Source: Deltaproteobacteria bacterium
GTDB taxonomy: Bacteria; Myxococcota_A; UBA9160; UBA6930
Length of the DNA: 62,163 nucleotides
Direction: 5' to 3'
NCBI GenBank assembly: GCA_019312665.1
Contig: JAFDCZ010000005.1
Location: forward strand, 1-62,163
Shown here: piece after piece, positions 10,829 to 19,753 of the stretch
How the letters are laid out: each line of letters starts with the position of its first letter
How positions within the stretch are numbered: the first letter of the stretch is position 1
The notes under the pieces: model-generated
Database searches by the model: none
Told to the model about the DNA's origin: nothing
What the model saw: only the letters and a program-made list of their open reading frames with translations
Translations under genes and position numbers: made by a program

Positions 10829-11151
10829 TCCGAGGCCCCCTTCTTCTCGATCTTCCGCTCGATGCGGTTGCGATCGATCTTCACCTTCACCTGGCCCTTC
10901 TGGGTGCCTACATCGAGCGTCAAGACGTCCTCGGAGCTGCCCACGACTTCGCCGTGAAGGCCGCCTGTCGTGACCACCCGGTCGCCCTTCTGAACGGCGT
11001 TGAGCATCTCGTCATGGTCTTTCTGCTTCTTCTGCTGCGGGCGGATCAACAGGAAGTAGAAGATCAGGAAGATCATGGCCATCGGGAAGAGGAACTCGAG
11101 TGCGCTCCCCCCGCTCGGGGCCTGAAGGAGGATCCAGCTTCCGTCGGCCAT
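10825..11151 (-). CDS. yajC: Preprotein translocase subunit YajC
   Basis: 108 aa. Single TM segment followed by LIRPQQKKQKDHDEMLNAVQKGDRVVTTGGLHGEV, the YajC signature. Sits upstream of secDF. Confidence 0.85.
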   Translation of the reverse strand: MADGSWILLQAPSGGSALEFLFPMAMIFLIFYFLLIRPQQKKQKDHDEMLNAVQKGDRVVTTGGLHGEVVGSSEDVLTLDVGTQKGQVKVKIDRNRIERKIEKKGASE

Positions 11152-11154
11152 GGC

Positions 11155-12312
11155 CTAGGAGTCTCCCCGGATCGCGTCGGCCTTGTTCGTGGCCTCCCAC
11201 GGGAAGCCCTCCCGGCCGAAGTGGCCGTGATACGACGTCTGCCGGTAGATGGGCGCCCTGAGACCCAGGGCATCGATGATGCCGGCCGGGGTCAGATCGA
11301 AATGCTTGCGGACCAGCCGCTCTAGCTCGACCCGATCGGCCGTGCTCGTGCCGAACGTATCGACCCGCACCGAGACGGGCTCCGCCACGCCGATGGCGTA
11401 AGCCAGCTGCACCTCGCAACGGGTCGCCACACCGGCCGCCACCAGGTTCTTCGCTACCCAGCGAGCCGCGTAGGCACCGCTGCGATCGACCTTGCTCGGA
11501 TCCTTGCCGGAGAAGGCGCCACCGCCGTGGCGGCCCATGCCCCCGTAGGTATCGACGATGATCTTGCGGCCCGTCAGCCCGGCGTCGCCCATCGGGCCCC
11601 CGACCACGAAGCGGCCGGTCGGATTGACGTGGAACACGGTGTCGTCATCGAGAAGCTCGGCCGGCAGGGCCGGCCGGATCACCTGCTCGGCGATGTCCTT
11701 CTTGATCTGCTCGTGGCTCACATCCGGCGAATGCTGAGTGGAGAGCACGACCGCCGAGATACGCACGGGAACGTGCTCTTCGTATTCAATGGACACCTGG
11801 CTCTTCGCATCGGGCCGCAGGTAGTCGAGCTCTCCAGTCTCCAGCTTCTCGCGCTGTGCCTCGATCAGCTGGTGGGAAAAGCGGATCGGCGCGGGCATCA
11901 GCTCCGGCGTCTCGGTGCAGGCGAAGCCGAACATCATGCCCTGGTCGCCGGCGCCCTGCTCCTTGTGAAGGCCCTCGCCCTCGCTCACACCCTGGGAGAT
12001 ATCCGGCGATTGCCTGCCCAGCGCGATCTGGACGGCACAGGTCGCCGCGTCGAAGCCCATATCGGAGCTCGTGTAGCCAATGTCGTGGACGACGCTGCGG
12101 ATCAGCGGCGCCAACTCCACCTGGGCGTTGGTCGTGACCTCACCGGCAATCATCACCAGGCCAGTGGTCGTGAGCGTCTCGCAGGCGACCCGGGAGTTCG
12201 GGTCCTGGGCGAGCATCGCATCGAGGATCGCGTCTGAAACCTGATCACAAAGCTTGTCCGGGTGACCCATCGAAACGGATTCGGACGTAAAAACGGAACG
12301 GGCAGCCATCAA
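11155..12312 (-). CDS. metK: S-adenosylmethionine synthase
   Basis: 385 aa. [25 protein letters not shown] and [19 protein letters not shown] are canonical MetK motifs. Confidence 0.97.
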   Translation of the reverse strand: MMAARSVFTSESVSMGHPDKLCDQVSDAILDAMLAQDPNSRVACETLTTTGLVMIAGEVTTNAQVELAPLIRSVVHDIGYTSSDMGFDAATCAVQIALGRQSPDISQGVSEGEGLHKEQGAGDQGMMFGFACTETPELMPAPIRFSHQLIEAQREKLETGELDYLRPDAKSQVSIEYEEHVPVRISAVVLSTQHSPDVSHEQIKKDIAEQVIRPALPAELLDDDTVFHVNPTGRFVVGGPMGDAGLTGRKIIVDTYGGMGRHGGGAFSGKDPSKVDRSGAYAARWVAKNLVAAGVATRCEVQLAYAIGVAEPVSVRVDTFGTSTADRVELERLVRKHFDLTPAGIIDALGLRAPIYRQTSYHGHFGREGFPWEATNKADAIRGDS

Positions 12313-12465
12313 TGGACTCCTTGAAGAGCGGCGCCAGGAGGGGGCAGGCGGGCCGCAGCGGCAGGGTGGCGGGCGCGGATCGTAGGAGAAGGCGCTCGGG
12401 AGGGCAATGAAAACGCGGGGATAGGAGAACGGGAGGCTCTGGCTGCCAAGCTGGCAGAGCGGGGC

Positions 12466-12741
12466 TCAGGCGGGGAGCTCCGGGCGTTCGATGAGGGTGC
12501 CAAGGGCCTCGATGGCGGCCGCGGCGTCCGGCCCCTCGGCTCGGAGCTGCAGCGACGTGCCCTGGGAGGCGGCCAGGGAAAGGAGCGAGAGGACGCTGCG
12601 GCTGCTCACCCACTCGCCGCCCCGGGAGACCTCGACCTCGGCATCGAAGCGTCCGGCCAAGTTGGCGAATTCTCCGGCGGGACGAGCATGCAGGCCGAGT
12701 TCACTGGCCACGACGAACGCCTTCTCGACCGTCTCGCTCAT
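12466..12741 (-). CDS. ptsH: HPr-family phosphocarrier protein
   Basis: 91 aa. GLHARPA active-site His motif, plus a downstream SRSVLSLLSL segment equivalent to the Ser46 region. Confidence 0.85.
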   Translation of the reverse strand: MSETVEKAFVVASELGLHARPAGEFANLAGRFDAEVEVSRGGEWVSSRSVLSLLSLAASQGTSLQLRAEGPDAAAAIEALGTLIERPELPA

Positions 12742-13205
12742 CCTCCGGCCGGCTCCTTGGAGCCTGTCCGATCGGGCAGGAGCTCACTCGCCACCTTGAT
12801 GTCGCGCTGTCCGTAGTCCCGGATCTTGCGAGCCAGCTCCTCGAGGGCCGGCGGATCGTTCCAGGTGGCAAGCTTGATCAGCATCGGGAGATTGACACCG
12901 GTCACCACTTCGACGCGGTGCTCGTCGAGAAAGGAGAGACTGATGTTCGATGGCGTTCCCCCGAACATATCCGTCAGGATGAGCACGCCCTCGCCCCGAT
13001 CGACCATTTCCAGACGCTCCGCGATGGCAGCGCGCATCTCGTCCACCGTCTGCTTGGGTTCGATTCCCACCGCTTGGAACGGCGGCGCCTCGGGCACGAT
13101 CAGCCGCAGCGCCTGCAGCATCTCCTCGCCCAGGCGGTAGTGGGACACGATCATCACGCCGGTCTTCAATTCTTTGTCTCCGTCATGAGAAGCGGCCAGC
13201 TTCAT
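12738..13205 (-). CDS. PTS EIIA component, mannose/fructose family
   Basis: 155 aa. VMIVSHYRLGEEM...VLILTDMFGGTPSN resembles EIIA(Man). Has 4-nt overlaps with both neighbours. Confidence 0.8.
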   Translation of the reverse strand: MKLAASHDGDKELKTGVMIVSHYRLGEEMLQALRLIVPEAPPFQAVGIEPKQTVDEMRAAIAERLEMVDRGEGVLILTDMFGGTPSNISLSFLDEHRVEVVTGVNLPMLIKLATWNDPPALEELARKIRDYGQRDIKVASELLPDRTGSKEPAGG

Positions 13206-14071
13206 GTGCTCTTGCTGACATCCCGATGGGTCACGTTCACTTCGCGGCCCAGCTCATCGAGCCAACCACGCAGGGTCTCGACGATCGCCACCGAACGGTG
13301 GCGGCCGCCCGTGCAGCCAATGCCCACCGTAAGATAGGCCTTTCCCTCATCGTCGTAGCAGGGGAGCAGGAACTCGAGCAGCTGGTGCAGGTGGCTCAAG
13401 AGTGCGCTGGTTCGCGCATCCTTCAGGACGAACGCGGCGACCGGCTCGTCGAGGCCCGTACCGGGCCGCAAGTCGGCCTCGAAATGGGGATTCGGAAGGA
13501 ATCGCACATCGAAAAGCAGTTCCGCGGCCGTGGGGACCCCATAACGAAAACCGAAGGAAGTCAGGTTCACGATGGTCTGGCGGGTGTGCCCTGCAACGGC
13601 ACCTACGATCGTCTCCCGCAGCTCGTGAACATTCAGCTGACTGGTATCGACGGTGACGTCCGCAAGCCTGGAAACATCGGCCAGCAACTCCCGCTCGGTC
13701 TCGATGCCGACCGTGACGGAGCCGTCCTGGGCCATCGGATGCACGCGCCGCGTCTCCCGATAACGATTCACCAGCACGTCGTTGGCGCATTCGAGAAAGA
13801 TGACTGTGACTGCCGCCCCAGACCGTCGCAGGTCTTCCACCACCGCCGGAATGGCGCTCAAGAATGCGCTCTCCCGGGCATCGATGGCCAGCGCAACCTT
13901 CGTGATCGGAGGTGTCGAGCCAGCACACAGATCGAGGAACTGGGGCGTGAGGGGAGCCGGCAGGTTGTCCACGCAATAGAACGAGAGGTCCTCGAGCGCA
14001 GCCATCGCCGTGCTCTTGCCGCTTCCCGAGAGCCCGCTGACGAAGATGATTCGCTGGTCGGCGGCGTTCAC
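13202..14071 (-). CDS. rapZ: RNase adapter protein RapZ (YhbJ family)
   Basis: GTG at 14071 overlaps the hprK stop (GTGA) and gives VNAADQRIIFVSGLSGSGKSTAMAALEDLSFYCVDNLP. Carries the C-terminal IGCTGGRHRSV motif. The longer track ORF (to 14281) lies inside hprK. Confidence 0.9.
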   Translation of the reverse strand: MNAADQRIIFVSGLSGSGKSTAMAALEDLSFYCVDNLPAPLTPQFLDLCAGSTPPITKVALAIDARESAFLSAIPAVVEDLRRSGAAVTVIFLECANDVLVNRYRETRRVHPMAQDGSVTVGIETERELLADVSRLADVTVDTSQLNVHELRETIVGAVAGHTRQTIVNLTSFGFRYGVPTAAELLFDVRFLPNPHFEADLRPGTGLDEPVAAFVLKDARTSALLSHLHQLLEFLLPCYDDEGKAYLTVGIGCTGGRHRSVAIVETLRGWLDELGREVNVTHRDVSKST

Positions 14072-14586
14072 GAGGTTCCCGCCCGAAAGCGCTCGTCGAA
14101 GCGCTCGGCGGCGCTCCCACGCAGGCCCCGTTGCAGATGATCGCGCACCGCAACCTCCACCAGCGTGGCCATGTTGCCAGAAGGTCGCACGGGCAGGATC
14201 ACCGCAGGGAGTTCCCGACCCGCAATGCTCTCGCGAGGACGATCGTGGCCAATGCGCTCGTAGGCCTCGCCTTCCTGCCACTGTTCCATGCGACAGATCA
14301 ACTCGATTCGCGCGTGATCCATGACGGCCGTCTCGCCAAACAACTCAGGCACGTAGAGCAGACCGATTCCGCGAATCTCCATATGATGCCGGATCAGCTC
14401 CGGAGACCGACCCGTCAAGAAGCCGTCGCGACACGTTTCGATCTCCACGACGTCATCCGCGACCAGCCGGTGGCCCCGCTGGACCAACTCGAGCGCCGTC
14501 TCGCTCTTGCCGACCCCACTGGGGCCCCGGATCAGGACACCCACGCCGAGTACCTGAACCAGCGCAGCATGGATCCGCGCCGGCAC
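14068..14586 (-). CDS. hprK: HPr kinase/phosphorylase, short form (catalytic domain only)
   Basis: 172 aa. GVLIRGPSGVGKSETALELVQRGHRLVADD P-loop and HprK signature. There is no room for the N-terminal domain because ptsN ends at 14613. Confidence 0.85.
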   Translation of the reverse strand: MPARIHAALVQVLGVGVLIRGPSGVGKSETALELVQRGHRLVADDVVEIETCRDGFLTGRSPELIRHHMEIRGIGLLYVPELFGETAVMDHARIELICRMEQWQEGEAYERIGHDRPRESIAGRELPAVILPVRPSGNMATLVEVAVRDHLQRGLRGSAAERFDERFRAGTS

Positions 14587-14612
14587 CTTCGCCGAGCCAG
14601 CGCTTTCGCCGC

Positions 14613-15074
14613 TCAGAACTTCCCGTCCTCTTCCTCGATCGCCCGGAGGACATCCTCCGTGCTCGAGGCCTCCTCGAGCGCCTTGCGAAACGAGGCGTCC
14701 CGGAAGAATCGTGAGATGCGGGCCAGGGCCTTCAGATGCTGGCCCCCCGAGTGCTCAGGCACGACCAGAAGGAAGAACAAATGGGTCTTCTGGCCGTCGA
14801 TCGATTGGAAGTCCACCCCGGCCTTGCTGCGGGCGAAGGAGGCCACCAGCCGGGAAAGGCCAGGAAGCTTGCCGTGAGGAATGGCCACCCCATCACCGAT
14901 GCCGGTGCTCTGGAGAGCCTCCCTCTCGATCAGAACCTTGTGCAGGCGTTCCTCATCGAGCACGGGCTCCGCCGCGGCGAGCCGTTTGGCAAGCTCGAGG
15001 AGGACCGCGTCCTTCTCTTGCGATTCGATGTCCAGGATCACGGCGTCCTTGACGAGGATGTCCATGATCTTCAT
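14613..15074 (-). CDS. ptsN: PTS EIIA(Ntr)
   Basis: 153 aa. STGIGDGVAIPHGK active-site His motif. Lies immediately downstream of rpoN. Confidence 0.85.
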   Translation of the reverse strand: MKIMDILVKDAVILDIESQEKDAVLLELAKRLAAAEPVLDEERLHKVLIEREALQSTGIGDGVAIPHGKLPGLSRLVASFARSKAGVDFQSIDGQKTHLFFLLVVPEHSGGQHLKALARISRFFRDASFRKALEEASSTEDVLRAIEEEDGKF

Positions 15075-15102
15075 GGGAGTCTCCCGGGCGGCGGCGCCGA
15101 GG

Positions 15103-16563
15103 CTAGCCGACTTCGCGTCTACGCGTCGAGGATAGGATGTTCATGGATTCCCGGTATTTCGTCACCGTTCGCCGGGCAATATCGATATTGGCAGTCTTGA
15201 GCATCTCCGCGATCCGCTGATCCGAGAGCGGCCTCCGACCATCCTCGTTGGTGATGATCTTCTTGATCTTCGCCTTGACGCTCTCGCTGGCAATCGCCTC
15301 GCCCTGGACCCGGTTGATGCTCGAATTGAAGAAATACTTCAACTCGAAGATGCCCTGGGGCGTATGGGTGTACTTGTTCGTAGTCACCCTGCTGACCGTG
15401 GATTCGTGCATGCCGATGTCATCGGCGACGTCCCGCAGATTCAGCGGCTTCAAGTAGGCGACGCCACGCTCGAAGAACTCCCGCTGGTGCCGGATGATGC
15501 TCTCCATGACCCGGTAGATCGTGCGTTGGCGCTGATGGATCGATTTGATCAACCACATCGCGGCGCGGACCTTTTCCTGAACGTAGGTGCGCGTCTCTTT
15601 CTCGACCGAGCGATCCTTGGCAAGCACATCGCGGTAGAGGCTGTTGATCTTGAGCTTGGGCAACCCGTCCTCGTTCAACACGATGTGGAACTCGTCGGCC
15701 ACCTTGTAAACGTAGATGTCCGGCGTGATGTAGATCGGTTCATCGCCACCGTAGGCGCGGCCGGGCCGGGGCTCGAGCTTGGCGACCACCTTGGCCGCGA
15801 CGGCCGCCTCCTCGATGCTGATCAGCATCTCTCGGGCGATGCGGCGGAAATCGCGTTTCTGCAATGAGTCGAGGTGCTGATCGATCAGCGTACGAACGAT
15901 CGGATCCTTGATGCAGAGTGGGCCGAGTTGGTTCAGCAGGCACTCGCGTAGATCCCGCGCAGCGACCCCCGGCGGGTCGAGACGCTGGACTCGTTCAAGG
16001 GTCTGCTCGACCTCTTTCTCGTCGATCCCGGACTGACGCGCGATCTCCTCGATGCTCGAACGCAGATAACCCCGGTCATCCAGATTCCCGAGAATCCAGC
16101 CCGCAGCAGCCTTCTCCGCGTCGCTGAAGGTCGAGAGACCAATCTGCCACTCCAGGTGGTCCTGCAGGGTTTCGCGCTTGGTCAGTGTGGCTTCGAAGCC
16201 CGGACGTTCGTCGTCGTCGCGGATGACACCCGTGCCCATGCCCGTCTGTGGATAGGCATCGATGTAGTTCTGCCAGTCGATGTCCGCGATCTTGTCCGCA
16301 TCGGACGCTTCGCGGGGATCACTCGCTTCGCCGGAAGCCTGGGCCAGCGCGTTGTCCGGCCCCTCTTCTTCGCGGCCAACTTCCTTCGGCAGTTCCTCGT
16401 CGACCTCGAGCACTTCGAGAACCGGATTTTCCTGCAGTTCCTGTTGGACCGTCTGCTCGAGCTCGAGCCGAGAGAGCTGAAGCAGCTTGATGGCCTGCTG
16501 CAGCTGGGGGGTCATCACCAGCTGCTGGGACATCTTCAGCTGGAGCTTGAGCTCGATTCCCAT
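15103..16563 (-). CDS. rpoN: RNA polymerase sigma-54 factor
   Basis: 486 aa. Glutamine-rich N-terminus LKLQLKMSQQLVMTPQLQQAIKLLQLS and a C-terminal RpoN box ARRTVTKYRE. Confidence 0.97.
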   Translation of the reverse strand: MGIELKLQLKMSQQLVMTPQLQQAIKLLQLSRLELEQTVQQELQENPVLEVLEVDEELPKEVGREEEGPDNALAQASGEASDPREASDADKIADIDWQNYIDAYPQTGMGTGVIRDDDERPGFEATLTKRETLQDHLEWQIGLSTFSDAEKAAAGWILGNLDDRGYLRSSIEEIARQSGIDEKEVEQTLERVQRLDPPGVAARDLRECLLNQLGPLCIKDPIVRTLIDQHLDSLQKRDFRRIAREMLISIEEAAVAAKVVAKLEPRPGRAYGGDEPIYITPDIYVYKVADEFHIVLNEDGLPKLKINSLYRDVLAKDRSVEKETRTYVQEKVRAAMWLIKSIHQRQRTIYRVMESIIRHQREFFERGVAYLKPLNLRDVADDIGMHESTVSRVTTNKYTHTPQGIFELKYFFNSSINRVQGEAIASESVKAKIKKIITNEDGRRPLSDQRIAEMLKTANIDIARRTVTKYRESMNILSSTRRREVG

Positions 16564-16586
16564 GGTTTCAGCGGTTCCTCTGGCGC

Positions 16587-17309
16587 CTAACGGAGCTGGA
16601 AGTTTTCGCCCAGGTAGATCTCGCGAATCTCCGGGTCGTTTGCGATCTCATCGGGCGTTCCGTCTCGGATGATCCGACCGTCCTTGATGATGTAGGCGCG
16701 ATCACAGATCTCGAGCGTCTCCCGGACCTTGTGTTCGGTAATCACGATGCCAATGCCTCGCATCTTGAGCTGCTCGATGATCTTCTGGATGTCGATCACG
16801 GCGATCGGGTCGATCCCCGTGAACGGCTCGTCCAGCAACAGGAATTTTGGATCCAGAACCAGGGCTCGAGCAATCTCCACCCGCCGCCGCTCACCACCAG
16901 AAAGCGAGTCCGCCCGCTGTCCAGCCTTATCGGCAATCCCGAGCTCGGACAGCAGTTGTTCCAGGCGTTCCCGGCGTCGGGCCGAATCTGATTCGACGGT
17001 TTCCAGGATCGCGTTGACGTTGTCGGCGACCGAAAGCTTCCGGAAGATCGAGGGCTCTTGGGGTAGATATACCACGCCCAGACGTGCCCTCTGGAACATG
17101 GGCAGGTCTGTGACGTCCTGCTCACCAAGCGTCACGCGACCCGCTGTCGGCCGGATGCCGCCCACGATCATGTTGAAGGTCGTCGTCTTGCCTGCGCCGT
17201 TGGGGCCGAGAAGCCCGACGATCTCGCCCGGACCGACATCCAGATCGAGCCCGTCCACCACATTCCGATCGCCGTAGCGCTTGGTGATCCCATGGGTCTT
17301 GATCCGCAT
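16587..17309 (-). CDS. lptB: LPS export ABC transporter ATP-binding protein LptB
   Basis: ATG at 17309 gives MRIKTHGITKRYGDRNVV...GLLGPNGAGKTT (Walker A). Also carries LSGGERRRVEIARAL (signature) and FLLLDEPF (Walker B). Sits upstream of rpoN. Confidence 0.93.
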   Translation of the reverse strand: MRIKTHGITKRYGDRNVVDGLDLDVGPGEIVGLLGPNGAGKTTTFNMIVGGIRPTAGRVTLGEQDVTDLPMFQRARLGVVYLPQEPSIFRKLSVADNVNAILETVESDSARRRERLEQLLSELGIADKAGQRADSLSGGERRRVEIARALVLDPKFLLLDEPFTGIDPIAVIDIQKIIEQLKMRGIGIVITEHKVRETLEICDRAYIIKDGRIIRDGTPDEIANDPEIREIYLGENFQLR

Positions 17310-17314
17310 CTCGG

Positions 17315-18289
17315 TCACTGGCCGCCCCCGGCGACCTGCCCACCGCTGCAGCCAGGTTCGTCGGGTCGAATCTGCACGTCTGCAGCGCCCTCGACGTGCA
17401 TCACTTCGGTGTCGAGATGGAAGGTGATCTTCTCGCCCCGCACCCGGTCGCAACCCTGCTCCAACTCGGCGAGGTTGCCGGTGCATTCCACCCGCTGGTC
17501 GGAGCGGAAGAAGATGGCCTTCTTGCAATGCGCGATGCGATCCGTCTGCTCGAGGCGTACGTGACCTGTCGCAACCATGCGATCCGGCGAACTGCTTCCG
17601 GGCGGGTAGAACGCCACCATCTTGTTGGAGATGACGACCAGATCGTCCTGTACCGCACGAACATTCCCGCGGAAGACGAACTTGCGGCGATCACCGTCGC
17701 TCAGCGATTCGAGTTGATCGGCCTTGATCGAGATCGGGCTCTTGTCCGAGTAGCGTCCACCACTACCAGTGCTCGCAGACGCCGCCGGTGCGACCGCGCC
17801 CGGCGGGCGGCTCGCGACCTGGGGCGGCGCGGAAGCGCCCTCCCCGACCCGCTCCACGACCTGGTCGGCAAGAGCCTCGATGGCGCGACCGAGATCCTCG
17901 ACGCGGGTGACTTCTTCGACGAGCGGGCCTCCGAGCGGGTTGCCCTCGGCATCGTAGAGCCGCGCATCCACCGAGAGAGAACGACCAAGGCGCGTCGTCT
18001 TCCCGATCACGACGGCCCCAACGCCGGCACCTTTCGCCCAACTCGCGACATCCTGGGGTGTCGCTTCGGAAACCGGCGCCACGCCCATCTCGGACGGCCC
18101 GACGACCTTGTCGACACCACGGGTTCCGAGCCGCTGCGCCAATCGTGTCGCCACGTCAGGCACGACCTGGCCCCGCGCTGCGACCCGCTCGAACGCTGCG
18201 ACGCCAATCGCAACCTCGGCCGTCGCCGGCGTCGCCAATCCGAGCGCCAACAGCACGCCTAACCATCGCATCGTCCTGTATCGCTGCAT
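17315..18289 (-). CDS. lptA: LptA/OstA-like periplasmic protein with an extra ~150-aa N-terminal domain
   Basis: The ATG at 18289 (MQRYRTMRWLGVLLALGLATPATA) gives a signal peptide. The C-terminal ~140 aa (ISIKADQLES...FRGNVRAVQDDLVVISNKMVAFY...VATGHVRLEQ...) follow the OstA_N/LptA beta-jellyroll pattern. The N-terminal domain is not part of canonical LptA. Confidence 0.7.
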   Translation of the reverse strand: MQRYRTMRWLGVLLALGLATPATAEVAIGVAAFERVAARGQVVPDVATRLAQRLGTRGVDKVVGPSEMGVAPVSEATPQDVASWAKGAGVGAVVIGKTTRLGRSLSVDARLYDAEGNPLGGPLVEEVTRVEDLGRAIEALADQVVERVGEGASAPPQVASRPPGAVAPAASASTGSGGRYSDKSPISIKADQLESLSDGDRRKFVFRGNVRAVQDDLVVISNKMVAFYPPGSSSPDRMVATGHVRLEQTDRIAHCKKAIFFRSDQRVECTGNLAELEQGCDRVRGEKITFHLDTEVMHVEGAADVQIRPDEPGCSGGQVAGGGQ

Positions 18290-18303
18290 CGTACCCCCGT
18301 CCT

Positions 18304-18870
18304 TCATTGCGCTACCACCGATGCTCCGCCCGTAAGCTTGAAGCGGTTCTCTCGGACCCAATACTGGAACCCACCTCCCCGGTAGGTTCCTGCCCTGTCT
18401 CGGATCGAAACCGGTACGTCCGTGACGACCAATCCCTTCTCATGGTTGTAGCGAAGCCGGGTCGTACGAAAGCGCCGGCCGTCGCCGGTCGTGCCTCGCA
18501 CATCACCCTCAGCGACGAAGTCTCCGCTACCCAGATACACGGTTCCCGTATCGCAGGTCATGTCGAGGCCCCCGCGCCCCCGGGGCCCGGCCACGAAGGA
18601 TGCCAGGATGACGTGGACGCCCTCGAGAAGCGCCAGGTCTTCCGCCGGCTTGATGTTCGCCCGCTCTGCATCGAGCACCAGCTCGTTGAACGCGCCGTGG
18701 CTCGAGACGTAGGTCATGCCCTCGAGATCGAGGGCGCGCTTGTTCTCATCGCCGGCCGCGATCCCAGCCAGCAGCAGAAGCAGGCCCGTGGCGGCGGTAA
18801 CCCGAAGCGATGCCGAAACCAGCCCGCGAAGCCGTTGCCCGCGCCTCATCCCCCACATCTTGGCACTCAT
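18304..18870 (-). CDS. lptC: LptC-like protein (start uncertain: 18870, 18858 or 18849)
   Basis: N-terminal TM anchor followed by a beta-rich periplasmic domain (MTCDTGTVYLGSGDFVAEGDVRGTTGDGRRFRTTRLRYNHEKGLVVTDVPV). Lies directly upstream of lptA-lptB. Confidence 0.6.
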   Translation of the reverse strand: MSAKMWGMRRGQRLRGLVSASLRVTAATGLLLLLAGIAAGDENKRALDLEGMTYVSSHGAFNELVLDAERANIKPAEDLALLEGVHVILASFVAGPRGRGGLDMTCDTGTVYLGSGDFVAEGDVRGTTGDGRRFRTTRLRYNHEKGLVVTDVPVSIRDRAGTYRGGGFQYWVRENRFKLTGGASVVAQ

Positions 18871-18960
18871 ATTGCAGATACTACCCGCGCTACGGCTGGC
18901 AGCAAGCAGCACAGATGAGGGCGGCGTGAAGGAATCAGGCGGCCGGTGAGCCAGCCTGGC

Positions 18961-19209
18961 TCAGTCCTCTTCGTGGCCCACCAAGGTGGCGATCGGCTCG
19001 AAAGAGCCGAGCCAATGAGCGGGCTTCAGGATCAGGGTATCCAGGATCACACCGACCGGGTGCAACACATAGGCAATGATTCGAAGCGGATGGCCCGAGC
19101 GGGTCGAATCGTGATCGTGGGCCAATGCCGGAGCGCCAGCCGCAACCAGCGCTAGCGCCACGACGACCGAGCAAAGAAGCGAGCGGAAGGTACGGCGCTG
19201 ACGCGGCAT
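18961..19209 (-). CDS. Small hypothetical exported/membrane protein
   Basis: 82 aa with a signal-like N-terminus (LLCSVVVALALVAAGAPALA). I recognised no family. Confidence 0.35.
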   Translation of the reverse strand: MPRQRRTFRSLLCSVVVALALVAAGAPALAHDHDSTRSGHPLRIIAYVLHPVGVILDTLILKPAHWLGSFEPIATLVGHEED

Positions 19210-19372
19210 GGGTTTCGTTCTCCTGCGGTCGATTCCGGATCAAACGGAGTGGAACCGTGTAGGACACCCTACCATGATTCCAACCGAGTGCCGGACGGCC
19301 CCCCCAGGCCTCCGACCGGCATTCTTTCGGCATGCCGAACGGCCCTGCCATCCCCAAGGGGACGGAGGACTC

Positions 19373-19750
19373 ATGAAGATCACCCGCATCAACCACGCCG
19401 CCATCAACTGCCAGGGAAAGTGGGAGGAGACCCGTGTCTTCTACACGCAGCTTCTCGGTATCGGGACCAGCCCGCGGCCCGAGTTCATCGAGAAGGCCAT
19501 CGGCGGCTGTTGGCTGCAACTCCCGAACGGCCAGGTCCACGTCATCGACGCGTCCTACGACGGAAGCCCGGGCGCACCGGTCGGCCCACACGTTTCGTAC
19601 TACGTCGACAATCTGGCCGGCGCCGAAAGCGAGTTGACCTCAAACGGTGTCACCTTCACCGCAGCCATGGGCGAGGGTGCCGACCGCATCCTGTGGTTCA
19701 CCGATCCGGCTGGAAACACGGTCGAGCTTCAGCAAGACCCCGAGGCCTAG
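19373..19750 (+). CDS. VOC/glyoxalase family protein
   Basis: ATG at 19373 is preceded by GGAGGA. MKITRINHAAINC...VHVID...PHVSYYVDNL...FTDPAGNTVELQ is the paired beta-alpha-beta-beta-beta glyoxalase pattern. Confidence 0.75.
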   Translation: MKITRINHAAINCQGKWEETRVFYTQLLGIGTSPRPEFIEKAIGGCWLQLPNGQVHVIDASYDGSPGAPVGPHVSYYVDNLAGAESELTSNGVTFTAAMGEGADRILWFTDPAGNTVELQQDPEA

Positions 19751-19753
19751 CCC

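Noticed and set aside
12313-12465. A possible SAM riboswitch or leader upstream of metK, and a hairpin (CTGCCA-N-TGGCAG) after the HPr gene.
   Set aside because: I could not find the conserved cores of SAM-I, SAM-II or SAM/SAH riboswitches in the 153-nt leader. The hairpin is short and has no U-tract. It is not reportable without a covariance-model scan.
13202-14281. Long N-terminal extensions of several track ORFs, for example rapZ to 14281, lptB to 17528, the thiolase to 45211, the amidohydrolase to 29599, the P450 to 35725 and the bEBP from 47381.
   Set aside because: The extensions overlap the upstream gene, are Arg-rich and non-homologous, and internal starts give canonical N-termini, often with 4-nt stop/start overlaps or a Shine-Dalgarno sequence. 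I used the shorter coordinates.
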